A DNA stretch of 52,116 bases from Girardia tigrina (GCA_001938485.1 MQRK01229041.1:1-52116); one strand, 5' to 3'. Counted from the first letter of the stretch, positions 36,908 through 49,570 are shown. Made by a program: numbers and translations. Notes: generated by a model not told the origin, from the letters alone.

Positions 36908-39756
36908 TGATTTTTTTGCCAAAAAATATTTATAAACATGAATTAACAAAAAAATAGCATTAGAATGGTAATTTTCTTTCTTATTTAAAAGTGGAGAGTA
37001 ACGGAAAAAAGGCCATATTAATATAATTATTTTAATTTATATCGGTTTAAGATTTATAAAAAAATCGTTTCTCAAGAAAAATAATAAGTTTGTTTAAATA
37101 TTAGATTTAGCATTTTTTGGGTGGTTTAATCAATATTAAATATTGATTTAAAAATTAAAAATTTAAAAATACATTGAGATGAGTTTTCTTGGAAACCACA
37201 ATCAGCCAACCTTTTTATCAATCAAATCATACAATATCCAACCAGCGAAAAAAAGAAACCCAATTTTTTTAGTCAGTTAATAACGAATTAGAAAGGAATT
37301 CGCATTGACAATAACTTTTCCCAAATTCCAAATCATTTACTGTTTAAAGTGCTCTATCGTTTTCTTTTTTATATTAGAAGAATTTACTTATGTAATAACG
37401 CTTCAAAAAAAGACAATCCAGGCAATCTCAATAAACAACGAATAATATTATTCAAGTCCGACGTCATCTTTTAAGTCAAAAACAAAGAAAAATTATTATT
37501 CGGTTATTGACTTATATGCGTCATTTGTTATAGTTTTTCTTTTTGTAATTAAATATCATTTCCACTCCCGGATTTGTTATTTCGTTTATTCTATCATATA
37601 AAAGTAGCCTCAGGTTCACCTTATCTGAACTTTAGGTTACTTTTACATTGATTTATATAACACAATACATGTTTTAAGCTAATTTTTGAGGAACAATTTT
37701 TCTTTTGCCCAAACAATTTATACATAAAGGTAATATAATATAAATCCGAATACTTAATTTATTATTTCTTGTTTTTGGAATTTCCACAATTAGTTTTAGA
37801 ACATTTCTTTTATTAAAATTTTATTCCTTTAAAATTCTTTTATTAAATTCGTTTTAAAAAATCTTCATTTCAGAAATATTTTAACAATAAAGCTTCGATT
37901 TTAATTTTTTTTAAAAAAAATCTTCGACTGAACTTATTCTTTTTTATTTATAAAATATTTATAAAAAATTATAAAATCTTAAATCAAACTTTTCATTTTT
38001 ATTTTATATTTTCATAAAATTTGCATTTCTATAATAATGTTTCAATTTTATATATTAATACATTAATACATTAAAAATACATTAATGTTTAATCATTTTA
38101 TACATTAATTTAAAAAATTTCAATCCTAAAATTTTCCAATGTTTTAAATTTATATTAATAAAATTCAAAATTTGATGTGAGCTCCTAAAATCCTAACATT
38201 ATTTTTTGACATTAATTGTTTAAATTAAGGAATTTTTTACTGATTTTAAAGGAAAAAACATTTTTTGATTTTTTTAAAAATGTTTTTAAAAATAATATAT
38301 TTTTAAAAGTTTTACTAACCAATCAAATTTTTTTAAATGTTTATTTAAATGTTAAATAAAAGTCAATTTATTTAAATTTATTAACCGATAAAATATAAAA
38401 TTATTTTTTTCAAATATTTTCCAAATTCAAACTTTTTAATTTCCATAATAAAAAAATATTCTAAAAAAATAGAAATTCTTGAAAGAACAGTTTGAAACGT
38501 TCGGGAAAAAACATTATTTATTCTCATTTTTTAATGCATAATATCACATAATGATTAATTATTAAAACAAAACATTTTCTCCACTGAATAAATTTACGTA
38601 TTCGTTTTTACTTGTGATGCTTGAGGAATTCTAGTTGCGCGAAAATTATTATTTAAAAAAATATTTATTAACAGTGAATATATTTTGTTTAAATCACACG
38701 TGGAATTGATGATAAATATAGATAATGAAGAAAACGAAAGTAAATAATATATGAATTATAATTATAATTATTATATAAAATATTCTTCTTTTATCAAATA
38801 TTCAAAAGACGTTTTGTGTGAAACATCACTTGAGAAATAAAGGATTTGTGTTTTGCTAAGGAAATCATTGGCGATTCGGATTGAAACCTGTTTATAAAAA
38901 AATGATAAAAAATTTATCAAATTATAATATTTTTTATTTATTCTTTTTGGGGGGGGACTTTGTTAAATCCTGTAGAATTTCCCAGAAGGTTTAAATCAAC
39001 TTCTTGAAAGATGATTAAGTTTATTCTCGTTTTTTTTCTTTCCTTTGAAAATGTGAGGCAGTCATCATTGATGTTTAGATAACTTTTTTGAAAGACTCAT
39101 TCTAATTTCGAATATTGGCAGAAATTAATAGAATCAAAATTACATTCAAATTCCATAAAAAGTGAAAAAATGCCAATTGTATCCAATTTACTTCATAATA
39201 AAAAATAAAGTCAAAACAAGAAATTATTTTATTTAAACATTCAAAATACGTATACATACAATTTACACACGATACATTTAAACAACGCGAAGGGTAAACA
39301 GATTCTTTTTTCAAAAAAATGTTTTTACAAAAAATAATTTTTATATATATATATATATACAAAAATTCATACAATGCATATATATATATATATANNNNNN
39401 NNNNNNNNNNNNNNNNNNNNNNNNNNNNNNNNNNNNNNNNNNNNTATTTGAATAAAAAAAGTTTCCTGAAAATTTAATTTTTAAATATGAACTTTTAATC
39501 TATATGTCCAGGCTGACATATAGACTGATCTGTTGAATGAGTCATAAACATTATTAAGACCCCTAATTGGATTTTCAATACAAGGACAATTCTCCCCAAA
39601 CCTTTTGTTACTAGTCATTATTTTTGATAAATTATTAATTCCATTTTTAACGTCTTATTATTCAAACAAATTTAAAACACAATTTATTTATAATTCGATT
39701 TAAAATAATTTATAACTGAAATTATAAAATAATTTTAATTATTTATTTTATTATTA

Positions 39757-40221
39757 AAAAGTGAACGCCATTTTTCACAATTTATTTTCGTAATTAATTT
39801 CGGCGGATTACCCGCCATCTTCAGACTAAATTAACACTGGCTTTTAGCAGCTTATATATGAGAAAAGTGATTATGCAATCAATCATGTAATAAAGGCTCT
39901 ATTTGAAAATGTTTAACAGAGAAATTGAGTGCGAAGTTTGGATATTAATTTTTGGATCCATGGATCTTATTAATTAATGATCTTATTAAATTATGTTCGG
40001 CAATATTGCTCCCATTATCCAACCGACTATGCTCTTTGATCCGTTTGCAGAGATGACGAGATGTCTCTCCAATGTATCTGGCGTTACACCGATTACATGT
40101 ATATTTATAAACAAGATCGGAGCACAAACCGAGAGGAGTGGGAGATTTATTACTGAACATATCACGAATTTTTATGATTGGGAAATAATTTTTAGATTCT
40201 TGCCATTATTTTTTAAATTCC
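39757..40221 (-). mobile_element. 5'-truncated PLE (GIY-YIG + 3' end with hammerhead)
   Basis: LVYKYTCNRCNARYIGETSRHLCKRIKEH...LIRSMDPKINIQ. Probable TSD TTATTTATTTTA(A)TTATTA at 39739-39756 and 40222-40240. Confidence 0.9.
39785..39830 (-). ncRNA. Minimal type I hammerhead ribozyme (PLE-associated), intact
   Basis: The minus strand reads TTTAGT-CTGAAGA-T-GGCGG-GTAAT-CCGCC-GAAA-TTAA-TT-ACGAAA-ATAAA. Confidence 0.85.
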
Positions 40222-41677
40222 TTATTTATTTTAATTATTAATTTAGTTTTAAAGTAAGTTATTTAAGTTTTAAAAATGATTGAATAATCTGATGTTTTAA
40301 AATATTTAAAATATCAATCTTCTATCTGAGTGGGAGAAACGAAATCCTAAAACATCATACCAAACTACCAACAATAAGCACCATTCAAAAATATTCCTCC
40401 CTGGCATTTTGAGTTACTGTTCTTCGTACTTGGTCCATTTCAAAATTTTCAATAGATATTTTTGCTTGGCTAATCTTAAGTTTTTTTTAAAATAGCCAAC
40501 AATAGGTCAATTTGTTTAAAACAAAAGAAATTTATTTTCAAAATTCAATAAATCACCTGAAATATTTTTCAAAAATTAGTCGACAAAATATAGATCATTT
40601 CAAAAAATCATTCTTCAAAATTCACTTTAAATACATTTGTTAAAAAATTAATTCCATAGCAAAAATCGGTCAATATTCAATTAGATTACATAAATTCAGT
40701 CAGTCGTTTTAATCGAAAAATTAATAGTGCAAAAATAAAATCAGCATTGCTGAAAAAAATAGAAATTTTCTCGAGCAAAATCACATTTGTAAAATCGTTC
40801 AAAAAAAGTGATTTTAAAAATCACCAACAAGTTTTCTTCTGACGAAGCTCACTCTGATTGGTTCACATCCTCAAATATTTTCATAGATCAGTATTCACAC
40901 TGGCTCAATGAGTCATCAGACAGACAAACCAATAGTAATGTTGTTAATAATAACAATATGATTGCTTAGAGAACTCACACATTTGACAGAACATTTATTA
41001 CATTCACAATTTCGATCATCTCTATGACAATCAATAGTATTGCTTTTGCTTAAATTCATCACTGAAAGTTTAATACTTTTCATCCCAAATCTGAACTACC
41101 TTGAAAAGAACTATTTTATTTAAAATATTTAATTTAAATTTTATTGGTTAAAATAAAATTACTTTAAAATCATTTAAATTATTAATTTGACTTAATTATT
41201 TAAAATTTACAAAAATAAAACTATTTAAAATTTCCAATAATTATAAATTAAAAATTTGAATATTAAATCTAAATTTAAATAAATTAATTTCAGATTAACA
41301 GAATTAAAAATTAATCATCCATCTGATTAAGAGAGGTACAATCCAAAATCAATACACAACATTTAAATACAACATTTAATTTAATATTTATCTATCAGCA
41401 TTTATATATCAATATATTATATTTCAAACCGAAGCAGCAAACAAGTTAGTGCATTGTCCTTTGAAATCAAAAATGCAAAAGAGAATTCAAATTCAAACAT
41501 CAAACTTTATAACTTTATTGAATTTCTTATCAAACTATATTGATTATTTTTTGCCTAGGAGGAAAGGGAGTCTTGAGTAATAAAATAAAAACAAAAATTT
41601 AACAAGTATAAATATAAATTATTCAAATTCCAAAATAATCATAATAATTGTTATTTATTATAATATTATTTTTCTAG

Positions 41678-41821
41678 GTAAAAGCTCAAGACAAAGACAT
41701 GGGAGATAATGCTAAAATAACATTTTCATTATTGGAAAACGAAGACTTTAAAATTGATGCAATATCTGGATGGATCTATCCAAGACATTCATTTGATAGA
41801 GAGCAGAAGAGTCATTACCTT
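41678..41821 (+). CDS. Protocadherin/cadherin internal exon B (48 codons, phase 0/0)
   Basis: TTTCTAG|GTA...CTT|GTAAGA. Encodes VKAQDKDMGDNAKITFSLLENEDFKIDAISGWIYPRHSFDREQKSHYL, continuing the repeat begun in exon A. Not in the ORF track. Confidence 0.93.
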
Positions 41822-43569
41822 GTAAGAACGATTATTTTAATTTAAATTTTAAACTATAAAAGTGAATTATTATTTAAATGTTTCATCACAGTTTATGAAT
41901 ATTTTGATGAGGACGTGTCTCACACTGAATGCTCAAAGAGTAGCTTCATTATTAATAGTGCATTTTGTTCTAGCACTGATAGTATGTGTTATTCTTCGGA
42001 GTGCCACCGGTCTGAAACCTGGGACAGTTGAGAAAACACACTGTTCTCTCGGATTGTACTTCAGTTATACATTTCAATCGAATTGCATATATCAGATTTC
42101 GTATTGTTTTATTTGAATTTGAAGGCTAAAATTGAGTGGATTGCATTGACTATAAGAAGTTTTATTCCAAAGATTAGCTTTTGGGGAGCAGTCAGTTGTT
42201 ATCTTTATCATATATCTCCGTTACCTTGTAAGGTACGAAACGATAGAGTGAATATCATGCTATCTGAAACGGCAATTGATAACCGCCAATGCTTGGTATA
42301 AAAGGAGTATTGATAGCGTTTAATGTACTCATGAGGAACATTAATCTTTAGAGGAACATGAAAATAATTCATTTTCATCCGGTAGATTTATTGTTTAAGT
42401 TTTTTTTCATTATTGTACTGCCCCGTATAACAGATTAGATTAATACGTGGTGTGATTAACCTTATTATGGGATTTATATCTCGAAACTAGTCATCCTCTT
42501 TTCTTACCTTGTATAAAGATTTGTATATATGCATAAATATATATATATAGAAGGGTCAAAATATAATTATAAATAGAACGCCTCCAACAAATGATAAGAT
42601 TGAACTGTAAATAAAGATAAAAAAGCACATTTTTTTCTGAAAAATATAAACATAAACATCATGTTCACAAATTCCTTCTGTTTATATTTACACAATTAAT
42701 TATGAAATATGAAAAAGCATTATTAAAAAGAAACGTTTGATTTTCCTTTATATTTTTTTCTTTTAATTAATACATGTTTGTCTTAATTACAATCGAATTA
42801 AAGTTACTTTTTTAATGTCTTAAACAATATAAATATTAACAATTTTTAAATAGGATGTTTAATTTTTTAAATTAAATTGATGAAGTTATAACTAAAAAAA
42901 ACTTTAATTTTTTAATTTTATTAATAAATTATCTGTCTGTGACAATTAAACCCAAAACTAATTAATTATTAATAAATAATTGAAGTATAAAATTTACGTT
43001 TAACTTTTAATTGATATAAATTTATTAAATAAATTTTTCCTAAAATTGAACTAAAGAAAAATAATTTTTATTGAAATTTCTTTTCCGTTTTATATAATTT
43101 ATTTTTGAAAAATGTATTTTGAAATAAATTATTTTTCTCGATTTACATCAATATTTTATTAAAATAATTTCTTTTGAAGACAGATTAATTGTGAATTATA
43201 CAATTGTTAAATTATTTTGTATTTTAATTCTCCTAATATGTTTGGTTATTTTACAAATAAAATAAAACTTTAACTTTTCATTATTATCTTTGATCAAATA
43301 AATATATTTATTCGGCCCAATTCCCAGGTTGCCTCGAAGACCGGATAGTTGTATGCATATGGTATATTATGCATACTTCTACATGCAAATGTGGAATATG
43401 GTGCTGTTGATGAAATTCTATTTAGAATCAATTTAAATGTTTTGTTCTGATTTCAAAGAAAAATATTAATGGACAGACAACAATTTATCAATATGCACGA
43501 TTCTGGAATGTATTTGAAATATTTTTATACATTTAGTAAATATTTGTGCAGTAAGTATCTACTAAAATA

Positions 43570-43785
43570 TCATATTCTGAAGGATTTAAAGTGTTTAAGA
43601 AGAGTAGTTGTAGAACAATAAGTAGTGCTAAAGTAGTCTCTGTCATATTCAAAGTTTCCTCTCAAACAAATCGAAAACAGTTTGTGGTTTGCAAGCTAAT
43701 CTGGTATATAAATTTAATTGTTACGGATGTCAAAACTCGTACATCGGAGAGACAAATCGTCATCTCAAAACCCGGATTGAAATCT
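43570..43785 (+). mobile_element. PLE GIY-YIG endonuclease remnant
   Basis: An alternative frame reads YSEGFKVFKKS...SNKSKTVCGLQANLVYKFNCYGCQNSYIGETNRHLKTRIE. Confidence 0.85.
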
Positions 43786-43972
43786 AGAACTCGCAAATGA
43801 CAGCATAGGGGTCGTACTGTTGCAGATAGGTGAATCAGACAAGGAACTAATAATAGCATATAATAATAGCAAAAAATAATATTATTCAGAAGCATTTTCA
43901 AATATTACTTAAGAATTAATTACAATAAATTTTAAAATATCTTTCATTACATAACAATAAATACATTTTTAG

Positions 43973-44272
43973 ATAAATGTTGTTGCTCGAGACAAGGGTG
44001 AACCATCCTTATCCACAACGGCATTGGTTAATCTGACCATAAAGGACATAAATGACAATCCTCCAGAACTGCTGCATCCCATGGACTTTAATCTCATGGA
44101 AAATCAAAAAATTTCCAAACCAGAGTTACTAGGAGTTCTTAATTACGAAGATAAAGATGAGGATGAAAATGGTAGAGTTACATTTACGAAGATTTGGCCA
44201 TATGATAACAACTTCATTTTAAATCCAAACGGATCAATTTATTATAATGCTATTTTTGATCGAGAAACTCAA
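43973..44272 (+). CDS. Protocadherin/cadherin internal exon C (100 codons, phase 0/0)
   Basis: TTTTTAG|ATA...CAA|GTATTA. Encodes INVVARDKGEPSLSTTA...DINDNPPE...LMEN...EDKDEDENG...FDRETQ. Confidence 0.92.
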
Positions 44273-44323
44273 GTATTATCATTATTATTATTATTTATTA
44301 TTATTATTACCTGGTCAAATCAG

Positions 44324-44465
44324 GATCGTTTTTGTATGTCAGTGCGGCTGCAAGATCATGGTTACGACAAGCAACATCAAACCACGGGTACTGTATGTAT
44401 CAAAATTTTAGATATGAACGATAATGAACCTATTATAAAAAGTCCAAAAGGTCTTTTACCAGCAG
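44324..44465 (+). CDS. Protocadherin/cadherin internal exon D (phase 0/1)
   Basis: AATCAG|GAT...GCAG|GTAAAC. Encodes DRFCMSVRLQDHG...ILDMNDNEPII. Confidence 0.88.
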
Positions 44466-44839
44466 GTAAACAAATTCTTTTTGTGATTATTATTAGATAA
44501 TTTCTTGTTTATTATTATTGAATCATCGCAATTTATCAAGCAATCTCAAGAAAATTGAATTAATTTATCCTGAAAATACAATTATTTTGTTACTTTTGTT
44601 ATCCTTAATGGTAATTCTTCAAATACAGTCGAAGTGCTCATTTCAGAATGTTTAGAACTAAATTTCACAGGACTGTCTACATCCTTTTTCAACAAGTTTT
44701 GGTACAATGACATGTGGTCTGTCAAATTCTTCCGCCCTAAATGTAGAGAGAAAATATTAATTTGTCATGAAATTTAGTTTTTATTGTAGCGATATTATGA
44801 AATATTACTTGAATAGTTTGTTTTCAATTTATCATTATA

Positions 44840-45560
44840 TACGTGCTACGTTCAATAAGTAACAGACATAAGGTAAAAAAAATAATAGCAAATTTTAGTT
44901 TCTTCTTTAGATTAAATAATTTAATATTGGGTTTTGATTTTAGTAATTGTTTTATTTTATGAAACTTATTAAAATCTTTATTGCGATATTTTTAATTTTC
45001 ATCAGTGCGATGATTTCAAAGTTGAATATCGCAGCGATATCAAGTTCTTTGTGTTGCAGAAGAAAAGGGGCAGTGAAATCTAGGATCTTTTACAGTCAAT
45101 TTACCTACATGACTCTGAAAACTGTTAACTACTGGGTCAAAAAGCTAAACGTGATTGCACCTTTATTTGTGATCAAGAAAAACTAGGTAAATAACAATAA
45201 AATTTCGACACAGTTGATGAAAGATTGGATATGATAGTCCAAGAAGAGCTTCGAATGACCATGAAAATGCTGTCAATGAAGGTCGACATCATTGTTGGTA
45301 GAGCCCACGCAAAATTGGAATTCATTGGTATCAGAAAAATATGCTTTAGACTCGTACCCGGCTTCTTGACTGGTGAAATGATGCGAAACATGAACATGTG
45401 AGACCCGCATGGTGAGACTTAAATGGAAAATTTAATTATGGAGGGTAAAATCTCACTTACTATGTATTTACTGGAAACAATGCAATGGTTAAGAGAGTAA
45501 AGACTGACTGGTGAGAAGCTGCTTTAAAGATGCGAAGATTTCAATTCAGAGACTCACTGC
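44840..45560 (+). mobile_element. Highly degenerate mariner, related to the 9170 copy
   Basis: TIR-like TACGTGCTACGTTCAATAAG; KTVNYWV and IGIRKICFRLVPGFLTGEM. Confidence 0.6.
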
Positions 45561-45687
45561 AATTTTACAAATCTTTCCACAGATGGGAAACAAAGATTTA
45601 AAATTTCTATCTCATTTCATCACTTTTTTTTTTTTTGCAATCGGTCTTTTTTCTTAATAAAAATACCGATTATTCTAATCAAGACTA

Positions 45688-45816
45688 CCGTTTTCCCTCG
45701 AAAAAAGCACAACGGCGTTGTATTCGCGATATACAAAAAAGCATCATTTGTGAAATGAGAAATTTGCCTCGAATAAAACGCCTATTCGATTAGAACGCTC
45801 AGGCATTCCTTTCGAG

Positions 45817-45875
<59 letters not shown>

Positions 45876-46863
45876 TATTGCAAAACAGACATACAGTGAG
45901 CTTATTAAAAGTAACTAATAAATAATAAACCCCTAACCCAAGACTACATTTCTAAAATGTGACTGAAAATGTATAAAATATGGAAGAAACTCTATACTAA
46001 TAATAAAATAATAATTATTTAATTATAATTAAATAAAATTAAAGGATTCAATATTTATTAATAAATACATTCACATTTTGATTCCAAAGAATTTTTCAAT
46101 TTTTATTAACTGTAAATGTTCGGTTGGATTTTCGATATTGTAAGTTTTTTCTTTTATTTTGCAACATTGAGAGTCCAAATGAATGCAAGTAATCTTCCAA
46201 TTTTCCAGAATGGAAATCGTATACATTTCAATACCCGTTTCAGTTGATAGGTCACCCTTTATGATACTTTCATCGGTCGTGTCTATTAGATCAGCCATTT
46301 CTTTACTTAATAAATTAATAACTTCTAAAATATATACTTTAATCCAATCCTTAAAATTCTGTGGCCCATAAGAATCCAAAATTAATAAAATGGGTTGACT
46401 AAGAAAATTAGTTTCTGGTCTTGTAATAATTACATTTAAAATATATTGATTTAATGTACCTATGCTCCACATTCCATTGTTATTTACTTCTACATCACAC
46501 TCACTGTGAACTTTAGGATTTTTTTAAGTTTTAAAATAACAAAAGAGGCTTTAAAATTTTTCCATCACCCGAAATTGTAAAACTTGCTGTAAATTTTTTA
46601 TGTGAACTTCCGGCTTTTCTTAAAAAATTTTATTTTTATCAAATAATTGAACCGCCTTATTAAATTTGAACCTTTTATTTTAAAATTGTATTTTTAGATT
46701 TTAAACATGCATTTCAATAGCCATAAATATTAGTAATAAATTCTTAAAAATTTTTTTGTTAAATAATTAGGTTTCTCTCGAATCTGAGCGCTTTATTCGA
46801 ATTGTGCGCCTATTATATGTATTATTCGAACACAACACCTAGGAATTTTTTCGAGGTAAGACA
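45688..46863 (-). mobile_element. pogo-type DNA transposon, deleted, containing a (TA)n tract at 45818-45867
   Basis: Imperfect TIRs TA|CCGTTTTCCCTCGAAAAAA and TTTTTTCGAGGTAAGAC with subterminal TTCGA repeats. DDE_1 remnants GSSHKKFTASFTISGDG and QPILLILDSYGP. Confidence 0.75.
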
Positions 46864-47897
46864 AAATAAACTCAGATGCTAAAGCATATCATGAAACAAA
46901 TAAATTTAAATTAATAAAATTAAAATAATAATATAAATCCAACACTAATAATATCACACCCAACAATACTGATAAACTAAATTTGAACATAATCCAGTTG
47001 GAGTGATAGATTTAATGATGGACAAAAACTTTCAATTTATATGATCTAGATATGACTTTTGCATTTAAAAACTATTTTCCTGGTATTTGGAATTTCCGGA
47101 ATATCTCCATGTTTAAGGTTAACTATGAGAGAGAATTTTCAAATTTAGGGAGGAAGTTGTAGCTTAATAAGATTATGGACCCAAAGCATTATTAATATAG
47201 AATTTAAACCATGTGTAAATGCCAAAATATACGTATATCTAAAATATATAATGAAATACATGTACAATGCAACTATTAATATATGAAATGGCTAAACTTA
47301 TTTTTATTAATTAAAAGTAAAATGGAAAATTTGAAGAATGTTTCCTACGAATATTGTTCGTATGAACAGCTGTCCGTATATTGTGTGAGACAGCTGATCC
47401 ACTTTTCCCTCGATCATACACCAGGAAATTGAATAAATTGGTTAATTTTCCTTGAAAAATAACAAAAAATCTACTCATTAAAAATTTGCAGCAAATTCAA
47501 TTGATTTTTTCGAAATATTATTATATCTTCTGGTTCTTATACAAAATAAAAGTAAAAAATAGTTATTATTATTCCCATAAAGAGGACATTCTTGCACATT
47601 AATTGCGAAGCCCGAGTTTTGGTCAGCTTTAGAAAGGAATTCGTGTGTTATAAAATAAATTTAATAAAAAAATTAAAGTATTTTTTACAACATTCAATTT
47701 ATGCACTTTTAGATTTAATATTAAGAACAATAGTTATATTTATTAGAAATGGTTAATCTAAATTTATTAATAATGGATGAAACTGTTTTATAAATGAGTT
47801 TGGTACACGTAAATGTATATATTTCGATTTATTTATATATTATATATAATACAAATAAAGATATTTTTTGTTTTCAATTGTAATTTTAAATAATTTT

Positions 47898-48002
47898 GAT
47901 ACAAATTATGAAAAGATTATTGTCGAAGCATTGTTAATAAAGCATCATAAATTATGCTTAAACGTACAAGGTGATTTAATCATATTAATGTTTTTTAAAT
48001 GA
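47898..48002 (+). mobile_element. PLE GIY-YIG C-terminal remnant
   Basis: DTNYEKIIVEALLIKHHKLCLNVQ...* matches the E.LLI....NVQ tail of the other PLE copies. Confidence 0.55.
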
Positions 48003-49139
48003 CATTTTATTATATATAACAATAAAACATATAATATAATGGAATATAATATTATATAAATATATATAATATAATGGAAAAAAATATTTTTTATTCACTG
48101 CTTTTACAATAAAGAAAAAAAATAAATTATCAAATCAAAAAAACAATTAGTAAAAATAACCAAGACAAAACCACTCTTTAATACAAAAAAAATAAAATAA
48201 ATAAACATACATGACAAAGTCGGATAGATAAGTCGTCACAAATAAGTCCTAATTGTTAATGCCAATTAATATCTTTTTAATCCATAGGATTATTGATTTT
48301 ATTTTTTTGTATTAATTATTATTAATAATTTCCTTGGTATTCTTGATATTGTAGGCTTTGAGATCTTTGAAGTTAATTCCTTTATACAAATGAGAAACTT
48401 CAGCAACTATTCGATCACACAATGTGTATTCTTGAACAGGAAAAATATTAAAAAAAAGTACACTTTTAGGTGAAGAATCACGTTCATTTTTGCAAAATAA
48501 ATAAACAAGCAAACAAACATTCGAAAGCACAGCAACGATGAAAACACAAACGTCAAACACGAAAGAAACATCTGAACACTCGAAAGTAAACACAAAGGTC
48601 AAAGATATATTATATAAATATATAAAAATAATCACGCCGTGTCAGTAAGTAGGGTACTACATAAACCCCCTCTGTTATAAGTGGAACGTTACATTAAGTT
48701 TCGCCAAAATAGTTTATTATTTTTTAATTTGAAAATTTAAAAGAAATAGATTAAAAAACTAAAATGTGGAGTAAACATATGATAAAATAAATATTTATTT
48801 AAAATATGCTTACTGTAATAACAATTGATATATTTTAATAAAATTTATGAAATAAGTTGGAATAAACTTTAAAATAAATAATTAACGGATTAATATTTTA
48901 AGAAATATTTTTTTAATAAAAGGGTTTATTGTAAATTTAAATTAATTAGTTTTTTATGATTAAATTTTCGAAATAAATGTAAAATAATTTAAGGTTTAAA
49001 TTTCGTAAAATTTCAAAATTTAATCAAAAAAAATTTAATGAATTATTTTGGGCGAAATTTGTTTAAATATGTGAATTGTTGATATTAATAAATTTAGTGG
49101 TGTTAAATTATGATTTCGGAATTCGATAATACTGAAAGT

Positions 49140-49570
49140 GGCATAAACACTACTTACAGGTGCGATGCCACATACATGGGAGAGACTGCCCATTATTTCT
49201 GTAAACGAATTCAAGAACATGGTCGAAAAGAGAGTAAGAGTAATATTGCAAAACATTGGAAAAAATGTAAATGTGATGTTAATATTGATAATTTCAAAAT
49301 TCTGTTTAAGCATTATGACATTTATTGGGAGAGAGTGTCGGGTGAAGCATTGTTAATTAGGTCACGTTGCCCTAAAATCAATGTTCAATCGGCAGTCTCA
49401 ACCGGCTTATTGAGAATTTATGATTAGCATTATTTCATGCAATCGGTTGCATATTCTTCATTTTTATATTTATATACAGTTGAATTGATTATTAATTAGT
49501 GACCTGAAGATGACGGTAGATCCGTCGAAATATATTGTTATAAAATATATTTTTTAATGGATAAGTTTTC
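49140..49570 (+). mobile_element. 5'-truncated PLE (GIY-YIG + 3' end with hammerhead)
   Basis: RCDATYMGETAHYFCKRIQEHG...NFKIL...YWERVSGEALLIRSRCPKINVQ. Confidence 0.9.
49497..49542 (+). ncRNA. Minimal type I hammerhead ribozyme (PLE-associated), intact, sense to the cadherin
   Basis: GTGAC-CTGAAGA-T-GACGG-TAGAT-CCGTC-GAAA-TATA-TT-GTTAT. Confidence 0.85.

Larger units (their letters stand above)
39552..40402 (-). mobile_element. Solo LTR (homologous to 27334-27753) split by a PLE insertion
   Basis: 39552-39756 matches the left part and 40222-40402 the right part of the 27334 LTR (TTAACGTC.TATTATTCAAACAAATTTAAA; CTTCTATCTG.GTGGGAGAAAC; CACCATTCAAAAATATTCCTC). Confidence 0.8.

Noticed and set aside
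36055-36939. 294-aa ORF as a mariner fusion protein (SETMAR-like)
   Set aside because: It reads through an N-gap and a (TA)n tract. The V/T/A-rich tail is just the translation of the 15/21-bp palindrome array.
40840-40925. CTGACGA and CTGATGA hammerhead half-cores
   Set aside because: No correctly placed GAAA or UH partner.
48289-48330. Next cadherin exon after CCATAG
   Set aside because: The phase-1 frame stops after about 12 codons and has no cadherin, TM or cytoplasmic motif.
48312-48680. Merlin-like element or membrane-protein ORFs
   Set aside because: Only one TIR-like end and no DDE motif. The hydrophobic ORFs reflect T-rich composition.
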